A stretch of 64,000 nt of DNA from Escherichia coli. Lineage in GTDB: Bacteria; Pseudomonadota; Gammaproteobacteria; Enterobacterales; Enterobacteriaceae. Under the pieces are notes generated by a model. That model had not been told where the DNA came from, ran no database searches, and was given only the letters and a program-made list of their open reading frames with translations. The position numbers were made by a program, and so were the translations under genes. Of the stretch, positions 10,969 through 20,249 are shown in pieces (positions within the stretch are counted from its first letter, which is position 1; each line of letters opens with the position of its first letter). The stretch is taken from assembly GCF_030013595.1 (NCBI RefSeq), contig NZ_CP122768.1, one strand, 5' to 3'.

Positions 10969-12375
10969 TTACAGCCGTTCTTGAATAAGTTTGCCTAATT
11001 GTTTAACCGCCTGTTCTTCACGTTCTCCCCACTGCCACGCGGTATTAAAACGGAAAAAACGTGACCAGTTTTCACCGGTAGAAAACATTTTACCCGGCGC
11101 AATACTGATATGATGCGCCAGTGCCGCCAGGCTTAATTCGCCCGCATCTAACGGTTCGGGAAGCTCCAGCCAGAGAAAATAACCGCTGTCATTATGATGA
11201 ATTTTCACTTCCGCAGGCAGATAACGCAGCAGTGCTTGCCAGGCACGTTGTTTACGTTCCGCAAGCTGGCGACGCAGGCGACGAAGATGGGCGTCGTATC
11301 GGCGCGTGGAAAGGTAATCCACCAGAGCAAGCTGCATCGGTGAGCTGGTGGAAAGCGTACTCATCAACTGCAAGCGTTGAATTTTACGTGCATGTTTTCC
11401 GGCGGCGACCCAACCAATACGAAAACCAGGCACCAGACATTTCGAAAACGAAGAGCAATGCAAAACACCATCGTGGTGATCCCACGCTTTCGCAGGCAGC
11501 GGTTTTTCCCGTCCAAAATAAAGTTCGCTGTAAACGTCATCTTCAATCAGCGTTACGTTGTACTGATTGAGCAACGCTACCAGCCGCGCTTTTTTCTGCG
11601 GCGTTAAGGTAAATCCGAGTGGATTCTGGCTATTAGTCATCAGCCAGCACGCTTTCACTGGATACTCCTGCAACGCCAGTTCCAGCGCCTTGAGATCAAT
11701 CCCTTCTTTAACGTCCGTCGCCACCGATAACGCCTTCAGCCGTAACCGCTCCAGCGCCTGCAACGCGCCGTAGAAACAAGGATTCTCTACTATCACCCAA
11801 TCGCCCGGTTCAGTGACCGCTTGTAAACTGAGGTTTAATGCCTCTAACGCCCCGGCGGTAATGACAATTTCATCAGGAGAAATAGTGATGCCCTGTAAGG
11901 CATAGCGACGAGCAATAGCCTGACGCAGTTCTGCGTTTCCTGGCGGTAAGTTTTCAATCACGCTCATCGCCGTGGCGGTTTTGCTTACCTGCGCCAGCGA
12001 GCGGTTTAGTTGTTGGAGGGGGAAAAGTCGCGGGTCGGGAAAGGCCGAGGCAAACGGAACTACCGACGGATCGCGACTGGCCTGCAACATATCAAAAATA
12101 TAGGTGTTGATATCGACTGCTTCATCTCGAGTGACAGGAATGACTGGCGCTTTCGGCATTTTTATTGCCTGTGGCGCAACGTAATAACCCGACTGCGGTC
12201 GAGCGATAATATGTCCCTGACTTTCGAGCAACTGATAGGCATGGCTGACAGTCATAAAGCTCATGCCAGAAAGCGCCACCTGGTCACGCAACGAAGGCAA
12301 ACGATCGCCAGGTTGCCAGATACCCGACGCAATCTGCTCGCGTAATTGTTCTGCAAGCTGCTGGTATTTTTTCAT
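10969..12375 (-). CDS. ydcR: MocR-type regulator (GntR wHTH fused to aminotransferase-like domain)
   Basis: 468 aa, with an N-terminal GntR HTH and a class-I aminotransferase fold. Matches K-12 YdcR. Confidence 0.9.
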   Translation of the reverse strand: MKKYQQLAEQLREQIASGIWQPGDRLPSLRDQVALSGMSFMTVSHAYQLLESQGHIIARPQSGYYVAPQAIKMPKAPVIPVTRDEAVDINTYIFDMLQASRDPSVVPFASAFPDPRLFPLQQLNRSLAQVSKTATAMSVIENLPPGNAELRQAIARRYALQGITISPDEIVITAGALEALNLSLQAVTEPGDWVIVENPCFYGALQALERLRLKALSVATDVKEGIDLKALELALQEYPVKACWLMTNSQNPLGFTLTPQKKARLVALLNQYNVTLIEDDVYSELYFGREKPLPAKAWDHHDGVLHCSSFSKCLVPGFRIGWVAAGKHARKIQRLQLMSTLSTSSPMQLALVDYLSTRRYDAHLRRLRRQLAERKQRAWQALLRYLPAEVKIHHNDSGYFLWLELPEPLDAGELSLAALAHHISIAPGKMFSTGENWSRFFRFNTAWQWGEREEQAVKQLGKLIQERL

Positions 12376-12453
12376 TATCGAATCGTAATTATGTGCAGAT
12401 GATTCGGCAGTCTATATCAGTTGTTAAAAATGACAACTTTTCGTTAACTGTAA

Positions 12454-12567
<114 letters not shown>

Positions 12568-12609
12568 CCCTAATATAATGCCCCCACAATAACACGAGGG
12601 GGTACAACA

Positions 12610-12996
12610 ATGTTCAATATCATGATTCGTAAATTTGGCGAGATGACTTTCGAGAAAGCTGGTGTTGCTCGTACCGAAGAAGAAGCAATGGCCTTAGTTC
12701 TGGTAGCACTGAGATCATCACCTGAGATTATCGACGCTGAATATGTAGCTGCTGAGGGTGAGATTAAAGAGATTAAAGCGGTGGCTAAGGAATTAGGTGT
12801 TAAAGGTTTCCGTAAGCTGAGATTGAATCGTGAGACTTATGTAATTGGACAGCAAGGACAATACCTAGATGAGAATACCGTGATTGTTCTACTGAATAAG
12901 ATTACCCGCTACGGTTGGAAGATTGAGCAATATAAAACGTGTTTCGAATTATACGAAAAAGGTTTGCTGGATACTCTGACCATCGTTCGCGCTTAA
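12610..12996 (+). CDS. Hypothetical prophage protein, 128 aa (first gene inside attL)
   Basis: ORF with SD GAGGGGG 7 nt upstream. No motif recognised. Followed by terminator 13011-13037. Confidence 0.6.
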   Translation: MFNIMIRKFGEMTFEKAGVARTEEEAMALVLVALRSSPEIIDAEYVAAEGEIKEIKAVAKELGVKGFRKLRLNRETYVIGQQGQYLDENTVIVLLNKITRYGWKIEQYKTCFELYEKGLLDTLTIVRA

Positions 12997-13010
12997 TTAA
13001 TTTCTAATTT

Positions 13011-13037
13011 GGTGGGTGTAATTCCCACCGCTTTTTA
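13011..13037 (+). terminator. Rho-independent terminator
   Basis: GGTGGG-tgtaatt-CCCACC followed by GCTTTTT. Confidence 0.7.
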
Positions 13038-13053
13038 AACTGGAGAATCAAAC

Positions 13054-13134
13054 ATGTTAGCTTTTATCTCATTCGTGGGAGGTAGTCTCACAACTATGAT
13101 TAGTCTTTCTTATCTTGTCGTTAGTATGGGGTGA
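13054..13134 (+). CDS. Possible 26-aa hydrophobic peptide
   Basis: Hand translation gives MLAFISFVGGSLTTMISLSYLVVSMG. GGAG lies 8 nt upstream. Below the ORF-track cutoff. Confidence 0.4.
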   Translation: MLAFISFVGGSLTTMISLSYLVVSMG

Positions 13135-13137
13135 GCA

Positions 13138-13263
13138 ATGAAACAATTTCATGATGGCATTTCATCTAAGACATTCAAGAAAGAATATAGCGGATTGTGT
13201 ATTAACTGGATTGATTTGATTGGTGCGGTTGTGTTTGGTCTGGTAATTAGCATCAATTTTTAA
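13138..13263 (+). CDS. Possible 41-aa peptide with C-terminal transmembrane helix
   Basis: MKQFHDGISSKTFKKEYSGLCINWIDLIGAVVFGLVISINF. Starts 3 nt after the previous stop, with a GGGGTGAG SD-like sequence. Confidence 0.45.
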   Translation: MKQFHDGISSKTFKKEYSGLCINWIDLIGAVVFGLVISINF

Positions 13264-13304
13264 CGATATAAATATATCGTAATTCATTCAAAGAGGATTC
13301 AATT

Positions 13305-13646
13305 ATGAAAAAGACTATCTACGCAATTATTGTTTCTGTGTGTGTTGGTGGCATCGGTGGATTTGTTTGTGGGTATGACTATTCCGATACTCAACATCAA
13401 GAGACTATCCGGTCAAATAAGGCCGAGATTAAGGATCTGAATCAGGAGATTAGCCAGTTAGAAAATGCTCTCTCACTCAAAGACAGTGAATATAGCGAGG
13501 TTTATGCAGATAAACAAAAATATTGGAAAGAGAAAGATAATCTCGTTGTTTACGGGATGAAATTGTGTAAGAGCATGAAGGACGAGCGCAGTTGTTTAAT
13601 GGAACTTGCCCTTAAAGGTAACGTGACCATCGACTTCAAAGACTAA
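13305..13646 (+). CDS. Membrane-anchored coiled-coil protein, 113 aa
   Basis: N-terminal hydrophobic helix MKKTIYAIIVSVCVGGIGGFVCG followed by a heptad-like region. SD AAGAGGA. Confidence 0.6.
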   Translation: MKKTIYAIIVSVCVGGIGGFVCGYDYSDTQHQETIRSNKAEIKDLNQEISQLENALSLKDSEYSEVYADKQKYWKEKDNLVVYGMKLCKSMKDERSCLMELALKGNVTIDFKD

Positions 13647-13675
13647 TTAATTCAAATAACAAAGAGGATTCTATT

Positions 13676-13921
13676 ATGAAAAAGATTATCGCTGGTATCG
13701 TTCTTGCTCTGGGTTTGGTTGGTGCTGCAAATGCCGAACAATATGTACAGGGTGATAGTGTCAAGCGTGCTGCCGTTGCACCTTCTTTAAATCAACTGTG
13801 TACTGAATTAGCACAGGTTGCCGGAGTTGGTGACGATGACGACTTTATTACTGCGTGTGTGTGGAGTCATATCGAGGATATTAATAAACGTGATGCAAAA
13901 CTAACTGGAAAGAAATATTAA
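13676..13921 (+). CDS. Small secreted (periplasmic) protein, 81 aa
   Basis: Type-I signal peptide MKKIIAGIVLALGLVGAANA/EQ. SD AAGAGGA identical to the preceding gene. Confidence 0.6.
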   Translation: MKKIIAGIVLALGLVGAANAEQYVQGDSVKRAAVAPSLNQLCTELAQVAGVGDDDDFITACVWSHIEDINKRDAKLTGKKY

Positions 13922-13937
13922 TGACTTACTAACCAAT

Positions 13938-13977
13938 GCCCCTATCGTTATAATACACGGTAGGGGCGTTTTTGTTT
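13938..13977 (+). terminator. Strong hairpin plus T-run immediately upstream of the integrase gene (a TATAAT hexamer sits in the loop)
   Basis: GCCCCTATCG-ttataataca-CGGTAGGGGC followed by GTTTTTGTTT. Confidence 0.6.
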
Positions 13978-13986
13978 GGAAATGGT

Positions 13987-15666
13987 ATGAAAACTAAACT
14001 ATATTCGTATATTCGCTTCTCGTCTATGCGTCAGAATGATGGTTCGAGTTATGAACGGCAAATCAGGATGGCGAGAGAGGTTGCGGCAAAGTATGACCTT
14101 GAACTGGTAAATGATTATCAGGATCTGGGTGTATCTGCGTTTAAGGGTGCTAACTCTAAAACAGGGGCGCTATCTCGTTTCCTTGATGCAATTGGTAGAT
14201 CCGTTCCTGTTGGTAGCTGGCTATTCATTGAAAACTTGGACCGCTTATCCCGTGCCGATATTGTCAGTGCGCAGGAGTTATTCCTTTCAATCATCCGTAG
14301 GGGAATAACCATTGTTACTGGCATGGATAACAAGATCTACTCGCTGGATACTGTTACCGCTAATCCGATGGACCTGATGTTCTCCATCCTTCTATTCATC
14401 CGTGGTAATGAGGAAAGTCAGACTAAGCGCAATCGTACTAACTCAAGCGCATTGATTAAGATTAAAGCTCATCAAGAAAATCCCCAGAATCCGGCAGTGG
14501 CAATCGAGGAAGTTGGAAAGAATATGTGGTGGACTGATACCACATCTGGTTATGTGCTTCCTCATCCGGTCTTCTTCCCTATTGTTCAGGAAGTTGTGGA
14601 ATTACGCAGGAATGGACGGTCAACCGCCGAGATACTGGATCACCTTAACGCGACATACACACCACCACCAGCCGCAAGTCACAAGAGGCATTCAAACTGG
14701 TCACGGGCAATGATTGAAAGGTTGTTCCATACCCGCGCTTTGATTGGTATCAAGGAAATCTCTGTAGATGGCGTTAAGTATGAGTTAAAGGATTATTATC
14801 CTCGTGTGCTAGATGACGCTGAGTTTTATCACCTTAAGAAAAGCATTGGTGTTAGAGCATGTAACTATGGAGACAAGGAAGAAGTTAAACCGATCCCCCT
14901 GCTTAGTGGTGTTAATCTGCTGAAATGTGATCATTGCGGTTCCGCTATGGTTAAGGTGAAAGGAACAAACAGACGGCCTAACCAATATCGTTATTCATGC
15001 GATGCAATGCGCTCTAGTCGTATTGAATGTGTGCATACAAACTGGAGTTTTCGCGGCGACCAATTAGAGAAAGCTGTATTGCAATTGCTGGCTGATAAAA
15101 TCTGGATTGCTGAAGATAAGGCTAATCCGGTTCCGGCTTTGAAAGTACAGATTGATGAAATATCACGCAAGATTGATAACCTGATTGCCCTTTCTGCTAT
15201 GACAGGAGCAACGAAGGAGCTAGCCGATCAGATTACTACCCTCAATAGCGAGCGTGAAACACTCTACAATCAGATCAAGATGGCAGAAGAGGAAATGTAT
15301 TCTGTGGACTCTCAAGGCTGGGAGAAGCTCGCAGAATTTGATTTAGAAGATGTTTACAACGAGGATCGCATTAAGGTCCGGTTTAAGATTAAGCAAGCTC
15401 TAAAACGGATCGGGTGTAGCAGGATTGACAAGTACAAAAACTTGTTTGTACTGGAATACATCGATGGCAAGACCCAGAGAGTTGTAATAGAAAATTCAAG
15501 AGGACCGAGGAAAGGCCGGATCTTCGTTGATTTGAAGACTATCAATGATAGGCAGATTCTGGAGAGTAACGGGCTTGTTCTGCATCCATGTTTAGACATG
15601 CTGACAGATAAGAACTGGAAACCAGAAGAGGAAATACCAGGTCCATTACAGGAATTTGGAATTTAA
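13987..15666 (+). CDS. Large serine recombinase (phage integrase)
   Basis: N-terminal resolvase domain with catalytic-Ser context YSYIRFSSMRQ. Also a recombinase domain, a Cys-rich zinc ribbon (CDHCGS...YSCDAMRSSRIECVH) and a coiled coil. ATG at 13987 is preferred over the TTG at 13972. Confidence 0.85.
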   Translation: MKTKLYSYIRFSSMRQNDGSSYERQIRMAREVAAKYDLELVNDYQDLGVSAFKGANSKTGALSRFLDAIGRSVPVGSWLFIENLDRLSRADIVSAQELFLSIIRRGITIVTGMDNKIYSLDTVTANPMDLMFSILLFIRGNEESQTKRNRTNSSALIKIKAHQENPQNPAVAIEEVGKNMWWTDTTSGYVLPHPVFFPIVQEVVELRRNGRSTAEILDHLNATYTPPPAASHKRHSNWSRAMIERLFHTRALIGIKEISVDGVKYELKDYYPRVLDDAEFYHLKKSIGVRACNYGDKEEVKPIPLLSGVNLLKCDHCGSAMVKVKGTNRRPNQYRYSCDAMRSSRIECVHTNWSFRGDQLEKAVLQLLADKIWIAEDKANPVPALKVQIDEISRKIDNLIALSAMTGATKELADQITTLNSERETLYNQIKMAEEEMYSVDSQGWEKLAEFDLEDVYNEDRIKVRFKIKQALKRIGCSRIDKYKNLFVLEYIDGKTQRVVIENSRGPRKGRIFVDLKTINDRQILESNGLVLHPCLDMLTDKNWKPEEEIPGPLQEFGI

Positions 15667-15704
15667 GCGGCCTAAATCGACGTATAACGAGCTAAAACAG
15701 TTAA

Positions 15705-15727
15705 GGGGTACAGATGTACCCCTTTTT
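15705..15727 (+). terminator. Rho-independent terminator after integrase
   Basis: GGGGTAC-agat-GTACCCC followed by TTTTT. Confidence 0.7.
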
Positions 15728-16245
15728 AATTTAATTGCGTTAGGCAGCGTAAGCAAGTTTCATAGTAGTTTCCTCTAAAATAATAAGTTCACTACTATTT
15801 ATCAGAGAAAATTGTCTTACTATTGCATTCTCTATCTGGATGTGGGTATAGGCGGGATTGAATACGGCAAAACTGAAACATTCCACTACTGCAATAAATC
15901 ACTAAACAATATAAAGAATATTGCAAGTGTGGAGTGGAACTAATGCAAGATATTAAAATTCATTTTCAAGATTACAGTTTCGTTAAGGTTGATTGCTCTC
16001 CTTCTATCGGAATGGAATTAAGAGATTATTTCTCGTTTGAGGTTGAAGGGGCTAGGTTTAGCCCCCGTTACAAGTATTCTGGCTGGGATGGACGAATAAG
16101 ACTGTTTACGCATGAAAACACCCTACCAATTGGACTATTAAAAACGTTGGGTGTCTTCGTTAAAAATATGGGCTATTCAGTCTGGATTGACCCCAGATTG
16201 CTTGAGAAGGAAGATGTAACCAAAGACGCGATTAATGAATGGATT

Positions 16246-16254
16246 GATTCCTTA
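16246..16254. repeat. IS1 target-site duplication, left copy (GATTCCTTA)
   Basis: Identical 9-mer at 17023-17031, directly abutting both IS1 ends. Confidence 0.9.
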
Positions 16255-16309
16255 GGTGATGCTGCCAACTTACTGATTTAGTGTATGATGGTGTTTTTGA
16301 GGTGCTCCA

Positions 16310-16585
16310 GTGGCTTCTGTTTCTATCAGCTGTCCCTCCTGTTCAGCTACTGACGGGGTGGTGCGTAACGGCAAAAGCACCGCCGGACATCAGCGCTATC
16401 TCTGCTCTCACTGCCGTAAAACATGGCAACTACAGTTCACTTACGCCGCCTCTCAGCCCGGTACGCACCAGAAAATCATTGATATGGCCATGAATGGCGT
16501 CGGATGTCGCGCCAGTGCACGCATTATTGGCGTTGGCCTCAACACGATTTTCCGCCACTTAAAAAACTCAGGCCGCAGTCGGTAA
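16310..16585 (+). CDS. insA: IS1 InsA
   Basis: 91 aa, [39 protein letters not shown]... Confidence 0.95.
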   Translation: MASVSISCPSCSATDGVVRNGKSTAGHQRYLCSHCRKTWQLQFTYAASQPGTHQKIIDMAMNGVGCRASARIIGVGLNTIFRHLKNSGRSR

Positions 16586-17007
16586 CCTCGCGCATACAAC
16601 CGGGCAGTGATGTGATTGTCTGCGCTGAAATGGACGAACAGTGGGGCTACGTCGGTGCTAAATCACGTCAGCGCTGGCTGTTTTACGCGTATGACAGGAT
16701 GCGGAGGACGGTTGTGGCGCACGTCTTCGGTGAACGCACTCTGGCCACACTGGAGCGTCTTCTGAGCCTGCTGTCGGCCTTTGAGGTCGTGGTATGGATG
16801 ACGGATGGCTGGCCGCTGTATGAATCACGCCTGAAGGGAAAGCTGCACGTTATCAGCAAGCGTTATACTCAGCGCATTGAGCGGCATAACCTGAATCTGA
16901 GACAACATCTGGCAAGGCTGGGACGGAAGTCACTGTCGTTCTCAAAATCGGTGGAGCTGCATGACAAGGTCATCGGGCATTATCTGAACATAAAACACTA
17001 TCAGTAA
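16504..17007 (+). CDS. insB: IS1 InsB' frame (expressed as an InsAB' transposase by -1 frameshift)
   Basis: 167-aa ORF in the -1 frame relative to insA, overlapping it at AAAAAAC. Confidence 0.9.
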   Translation: MSRQCTHYWRWPQHDFPPLKKLRPQSVTSRIQPGSDVIVCAEMDEQWGYVGAKSRQRWLFYAYDRMRRTVVAHVFGERTLATLERLLSLLSAFEVVVWMTDGWPLYESRLKGKLHVISKRYTQRIERHNLNLRQHLARLGRKSLSFSKSVELHDKVIGHYLNIKHYQ

Positions 17008-17022
17008 GTTGGAGTCATTACC

Positions 17023-17031
17023 GATTCCTTA
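17023..17031. repeat. IS1 target-site duplication, right copy (GATTCCTTA)
   Basis: See 16246-16254. Confidence 0.9.
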
Positions 17032-18215
17032 GAAGTGTATTCCGGTAGCAATAAAATCAATCCTTATTGGTATCAAAGGGAGGCAGTCTTTCAGGGTATC
17101 CACAATCGCCGTAGAATGCTGGTTCTTCCTACCAGTGCCGGAAAGTCATTGATTGCTTGTATGCTGTCTCGTTGGTACTTAGAGAACTACACCGGAAAAG
17201 TGTTAATCATTGTTCCGACTACATCGCTAGTGGTTCAAATGAGGGATGATTTCATCGATTATAGGCTATTCCCTTATGAAGCAATTCATACAATGATGAG
17301 TGGTAGCGGGAAACATCCGGGAGACAGGTTAATCACGGTTAGTACCTGGCAATCAGCTTGCAAGATGCCTCCTGAATGGTTCCGACAATATGGAATGTTG
17401 ATAGTTGATGAATCGCATAAGGCTAGTGCCAAAAATATTACCAATATCATCAATGGAATGAATCATTGCCAATTTAAGATCGGCATGACTGGTTCCCCGA
17501 AAGAATCAAAGTGCCATTTAATGCAGTATGTCGGGCTTTTCGGTGATATTTCTAAGATCGTGAGTATTGACCGCCTGATGGAAGAAGGGCAGGTGACAAA
17601 ACTGAAAATTAACTGTCTTTTCCTTCGTTATACAGATGAGGAATGTAGCGCGGTTAAGGGGCGAGAATATGCGGAAGAGATCAAGTATATTACGTCTAAC
17701 CCACGACGAAATAAGTTTGCTTGTAATTTGGCGCTAAAACTAGCTAAGAAGGGCGAAAACGTATTCCTGATGTTCCGCAATACTAAGCACGGAAAACTTA
17801 TGTATGATGCGTTACAGAAGGTACACGACAAGGTTTATTATATTGACGGTGGAGTTAAGACAGAAGAACGTGATGAATTTAAGAAAATGGCGGAGGGTGA
17901 CACCGGGATCATTTGCGTTGCATCCTATGGTGTGTTCTCTACTGGTGTTTCAATTAAGAATTTGCATCATGTTATTTTCGGTCATCCAGTGAAGGAATCA
18001 ACTATCGTTCGTCAGAGTATCGGTCGTGCATTGCGTAAACATGGTTCTAAGGATATTGCAACGGTCTGGGATCTTATAGATCATCTGTGTATATTCGGTC
18101 GTAACGGAAAAGTCAAGCATAAAAATTATGCGGTAAAACATGCACTTGAGAGAATCCGCTATTATCTAACCGACAAGTTCAGCTATGCAACTAAAACAAT
18201 TGCTATATAACAAAA

Positions 18216-18237
18216 AAGCGCCCACTAGAGGCGCTTT
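18216..18237. terminator. Bidirectional terminator between the convergent helicase and lysis genes
   Basis: AAAAAAGCGCC-cactagag-GGCGCTTT. Confidence 0.6.
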
Positions 18238-18241
18238 AATT

Positions 18242-18595
18242 TTATCCATTCCATCGTGATTTTTTCGATCTGGAATCGATATGCGTAAAGGTTTTATATT
18301 TGCCTAAGCCGTATTGAGTAGGATATTTCCCATCAAGATAAGCATGGACAATATCAGGGGAGACACCCTTGATCACAATGTCAGCCGCACGGCCTCGAAC
18401 GTGATAGCTGTTGGTTGCACCGCCTACATTCTTGTTATGAGTCGGGCAACGGTTGCCACTGTTAATAATCACTGGTTTACCGAAGTGCTCTCGTACATCC
18501 TCAAGAATTACCAGTAATTCAGCGTCGATTGTATCATAATCACATTTTCCGCATTTACATTTAAATTCCTTGCGAGAAAAATGCTTACTTAACAT
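18242..18595 (-). CDS. Endolysin, peptidase M15 (zinc D-Ala-D-Ala/L-Ala-D-Glu peptidase-like)
   Basis: 117 aa. SYHVRGRAAD and FTHID match the H-x6-D...H zinc triad of the M15A family. Last gene of the late operon. Confidence 0.7.
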   Translation of the reverse strand: MLSKHFSRKEFKCKCGKCDYDTIDAELLVILEDVREHFGKPVIINSGNRCPTHNKNVGGATNSYHVRGRAADIVIKGVSPDIVHAYLDGKYPTQYGLGKYKTFTHIDSRSKKSRWNG

Positions 18596-18604
18596 ATTAC
18601 CCCC

Positions 18605-18952
18605 TTAGATCATTTCGAAGATATAACCAATAAAGCGCATACCCTTGATATAATAAGGAGCAGTGCCTACACACACCGCGCGTGCATCGCCCAGACAGTT
18701 AAAGCTATAAGGATTAACTACATCGACTTCTTGCCCTACACGAAAACGATATTTAGGACGTTTAGCCAATGTAGCGACACAAAACACGGTCCCTTTTTCA
18801 TGATCGCGGATACATTCTTTATATTGTTTATGTTTAACTCTCTTCGCCTCAAAATCATGTGTCATGGATTCTGGGCTAATGCCATTGATAAAAATACCGG
18901 AAAGCTGGTCGACCGGATAAGTAGGAAATTCAGTAAAAATATTTTTAGCCAT
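18605..18952 (-). CDS. Hypothetical phage protein, 115 aa
   Basis: ORF with an SD. No motif recognised. Confidence 0.5.
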   Translation of the reverse strand: MAKNIFTEFPTYPVDQLSGIFINGISPESMTHDFEAKRVKHKQYKECIRDHEKGTVFCVATLAKRPKYRFRVGQEVDVVNPYSFNCLGDARAVCVGTAPYYIKGMRFIGYIFEMI

Positions 18953-18990
18953 GTTATACCCCCATAAGATTCTATGAGGGTATTTATTGA

Positions 18991-19674
18991 TTAAACGTAT
19001 TTCATGCGCGATTTAATGTGCTTATTGATGTTTTCAAGCATCATTGCTTCGTTGCTTTCCCACGATCCTAGCGTCGAATAACGAGTAGAAATTTTATCCG
19101 ACTTAACGGCAACAATTCGCTTACTCTGTTTCTGTATGCGTTTCTCTAAGCGACGTTTTGCCACCGCCGATCCATTCTTAGCGCGTTTGGTTCGGGATTT
19201 CTTAGGCTTGTACTTCTTCATGATAAAAGTCCCTTCCTGGTTCTCTACCTTGATGAAGTTGCCATTTTCGATGTTACGCATCATCTTACCGCCTTTGATG
19301 GCCTTAATGTTCCCGTGGGCGTCTAAGACCTTACCGTTGGCAATTGGCACTAGCTTATTGATTTTGCCACCATCGAAATAGTGTTTCAGATAGTCATCCT
19401 GACTGCCGATCTTCTTGTCCTTATCCCTTGCGCCCTTGATGAAGATTTGGTGTCTCGTCCCTGAACGGTTCTTGTAGTTGGTATTACCTACAGCTTGTTG
19501 AGTCCAGCGAGTAGGTCTATCAACATTCTTGTTAATCTTCTTCTGGAGTGCTCTGGAAGCAAAGATCGCCCCTTCCCCTATCGCCTTTTCGAATGTATCG
19601 GTTGCTTTATCAGACCATTGGCGTAACGCTTTCTTAGTCCTTAGAGCGTTTCGTTTATTGGTACTGGTTGCCAT
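18991..19674 (-). CDS. Hypothetical basic phage protein, 227 aa (possibly virion-associated)
   Basis: Lys/Arg-rich ORF. The N-terminal region loosely resembles HK97 gp10-type tail-completion proteins. Function is uncertain. Confidence 0.5.
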   Translation of the reverse strand: MATSTNKRNALRTKKALRQWSDKATDTFEKAIGEGAIFASRALQKKINKNVDRPTRWTQQAVGNTNYKNRSGTRHQIFIKGARDKDKKIGSQDDYLKHYFDGGKINKLVPIANGKVLDAHGNIKAIKGGKMMRNIENGNFIKVENQEGTFIMKKYKPKKSRTKRAKNGSAVAKRRLEKRIQKQSKRIVAVKSDKISTRYSTLGSWESNEAMMLENINKHIKSRMKYV

Positions 19675-19675
19675 G

Positions 19676-19846
19676 TTAGCCCCCTAATAACGAAAAGACC
19701 CCCGCCAGTGTCCTTAGCAATTGTTCATCCACGGTCATAGCCGGGAGTTCAAGCCCAAAGGACGTTAGCAGAGGTCTAATTGCTACGTTATAAGTGAGGG
19801 CGACAATCAAGAGATAACCAAAATATTTCTTAAGTTTATTCTTCAT
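19676..19846 (-). CDS. Small membrane protein, 56 aa (holin or lysis-accessory candidate)
   Basis: MKNKLKKYFGYLLIVALTYNVAIRPLL... The ATG at 19846 has an AAGGGG SD. The longer track ORF start was rejected. Confidence 0.5.
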   Translation of the reverse strand: MKNKLKKYFGYLLIVALTYNVAIRPLLTSFGLELPAMTVDEQLLRTLAGVFSLLGG

Positions 19847-19865
19847 ATATTCACCCCTTTTATTA

Positions 19866-20144
19866 TTATTTTTGTCTGAGTAAATCGATAACTTGGTCAA
19901 ATTTAGCGTCCATCGCAACCACTTTCTTTTCTATACCGTGAAGGGTTTGTTCCATGCGATAAACTCTCTCGGCGATCTGGTCGTGGTTATTCTGCATTGT
20001 TTCAAACTTCTGATTAAACAATGCATCATTGGACTCTAATTTCGACAATCTATTTTCTGTGGCTAATTGATTTCGGTGAAGTCTCCATAATCCACCACAA
20101 ATTAAGGCGATAACACCGATACCGCCATATATAATTTCAGTCAT
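19866..20144 (-). CDS. N-terminally membrane-anchored coiled-coil protein, 92 aa (holin or i-spanin candidate)
   Basis: TM helix IIYGGIGVIALICGGLW followed by a coiled coil. Lies between the tail and lysis genes. Confidence 0.5.
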   Translation of the reverse strand: MTEIIYGGIGVIALICGGLWRLHRNQLATENRLSKLESNDALFNQKFETMQNNHDQIAERVYRMEQTLHGIEKKVVAMDAKFDQVIDLLRQK

Positions 20145-20249
20145 TACGCCCCCGATATTTTTATATAGTTTAATGGCAAAATTATTTAGATAAAAATAAT
20201 CCCGCCTAACTCAAAAGAATTAAGCGGGATTTATTATTAAAATTAAATT

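Larger units (their letters stand above)
16255..17022 (+). mobile_element. IS1 insertion sequence (768 bp)
   Basis: Ends GGTGATGCTGCCAACTTACTGAT... and ...AAGTTGGAGTCATTACC. Contains insA and insB' with the A6C slippery site at 16561-16567. Confidence 0.95.
15943..18210 (+). pseudogene. UvsW-like SF2 DNA helicase gene interrupted by IS1
   Basis: The N-terminal part (MQDIKIHFQDYSFVKVDCSP...WIDSL) and the C-terminal part (EVYSGSNKINPYWYQ...) join in frame when IS1 and one target-duplication copy are removed. Motifs PTSAGKS, DESH, TGSP and QSIGRALRK are present. Overall resemblance to my recall of T4 UvsW. Confidence 0.8.

Noticed and set aside
15740-15763. 7-codon minus-strand mini-ORF (MKLAYAA) with a good SD between int and the helicase gene
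   Set aside because: It is too short to evaluate, has no identifiable promoter, and sits against a bidirectional terminator. I treat it as coincidence.
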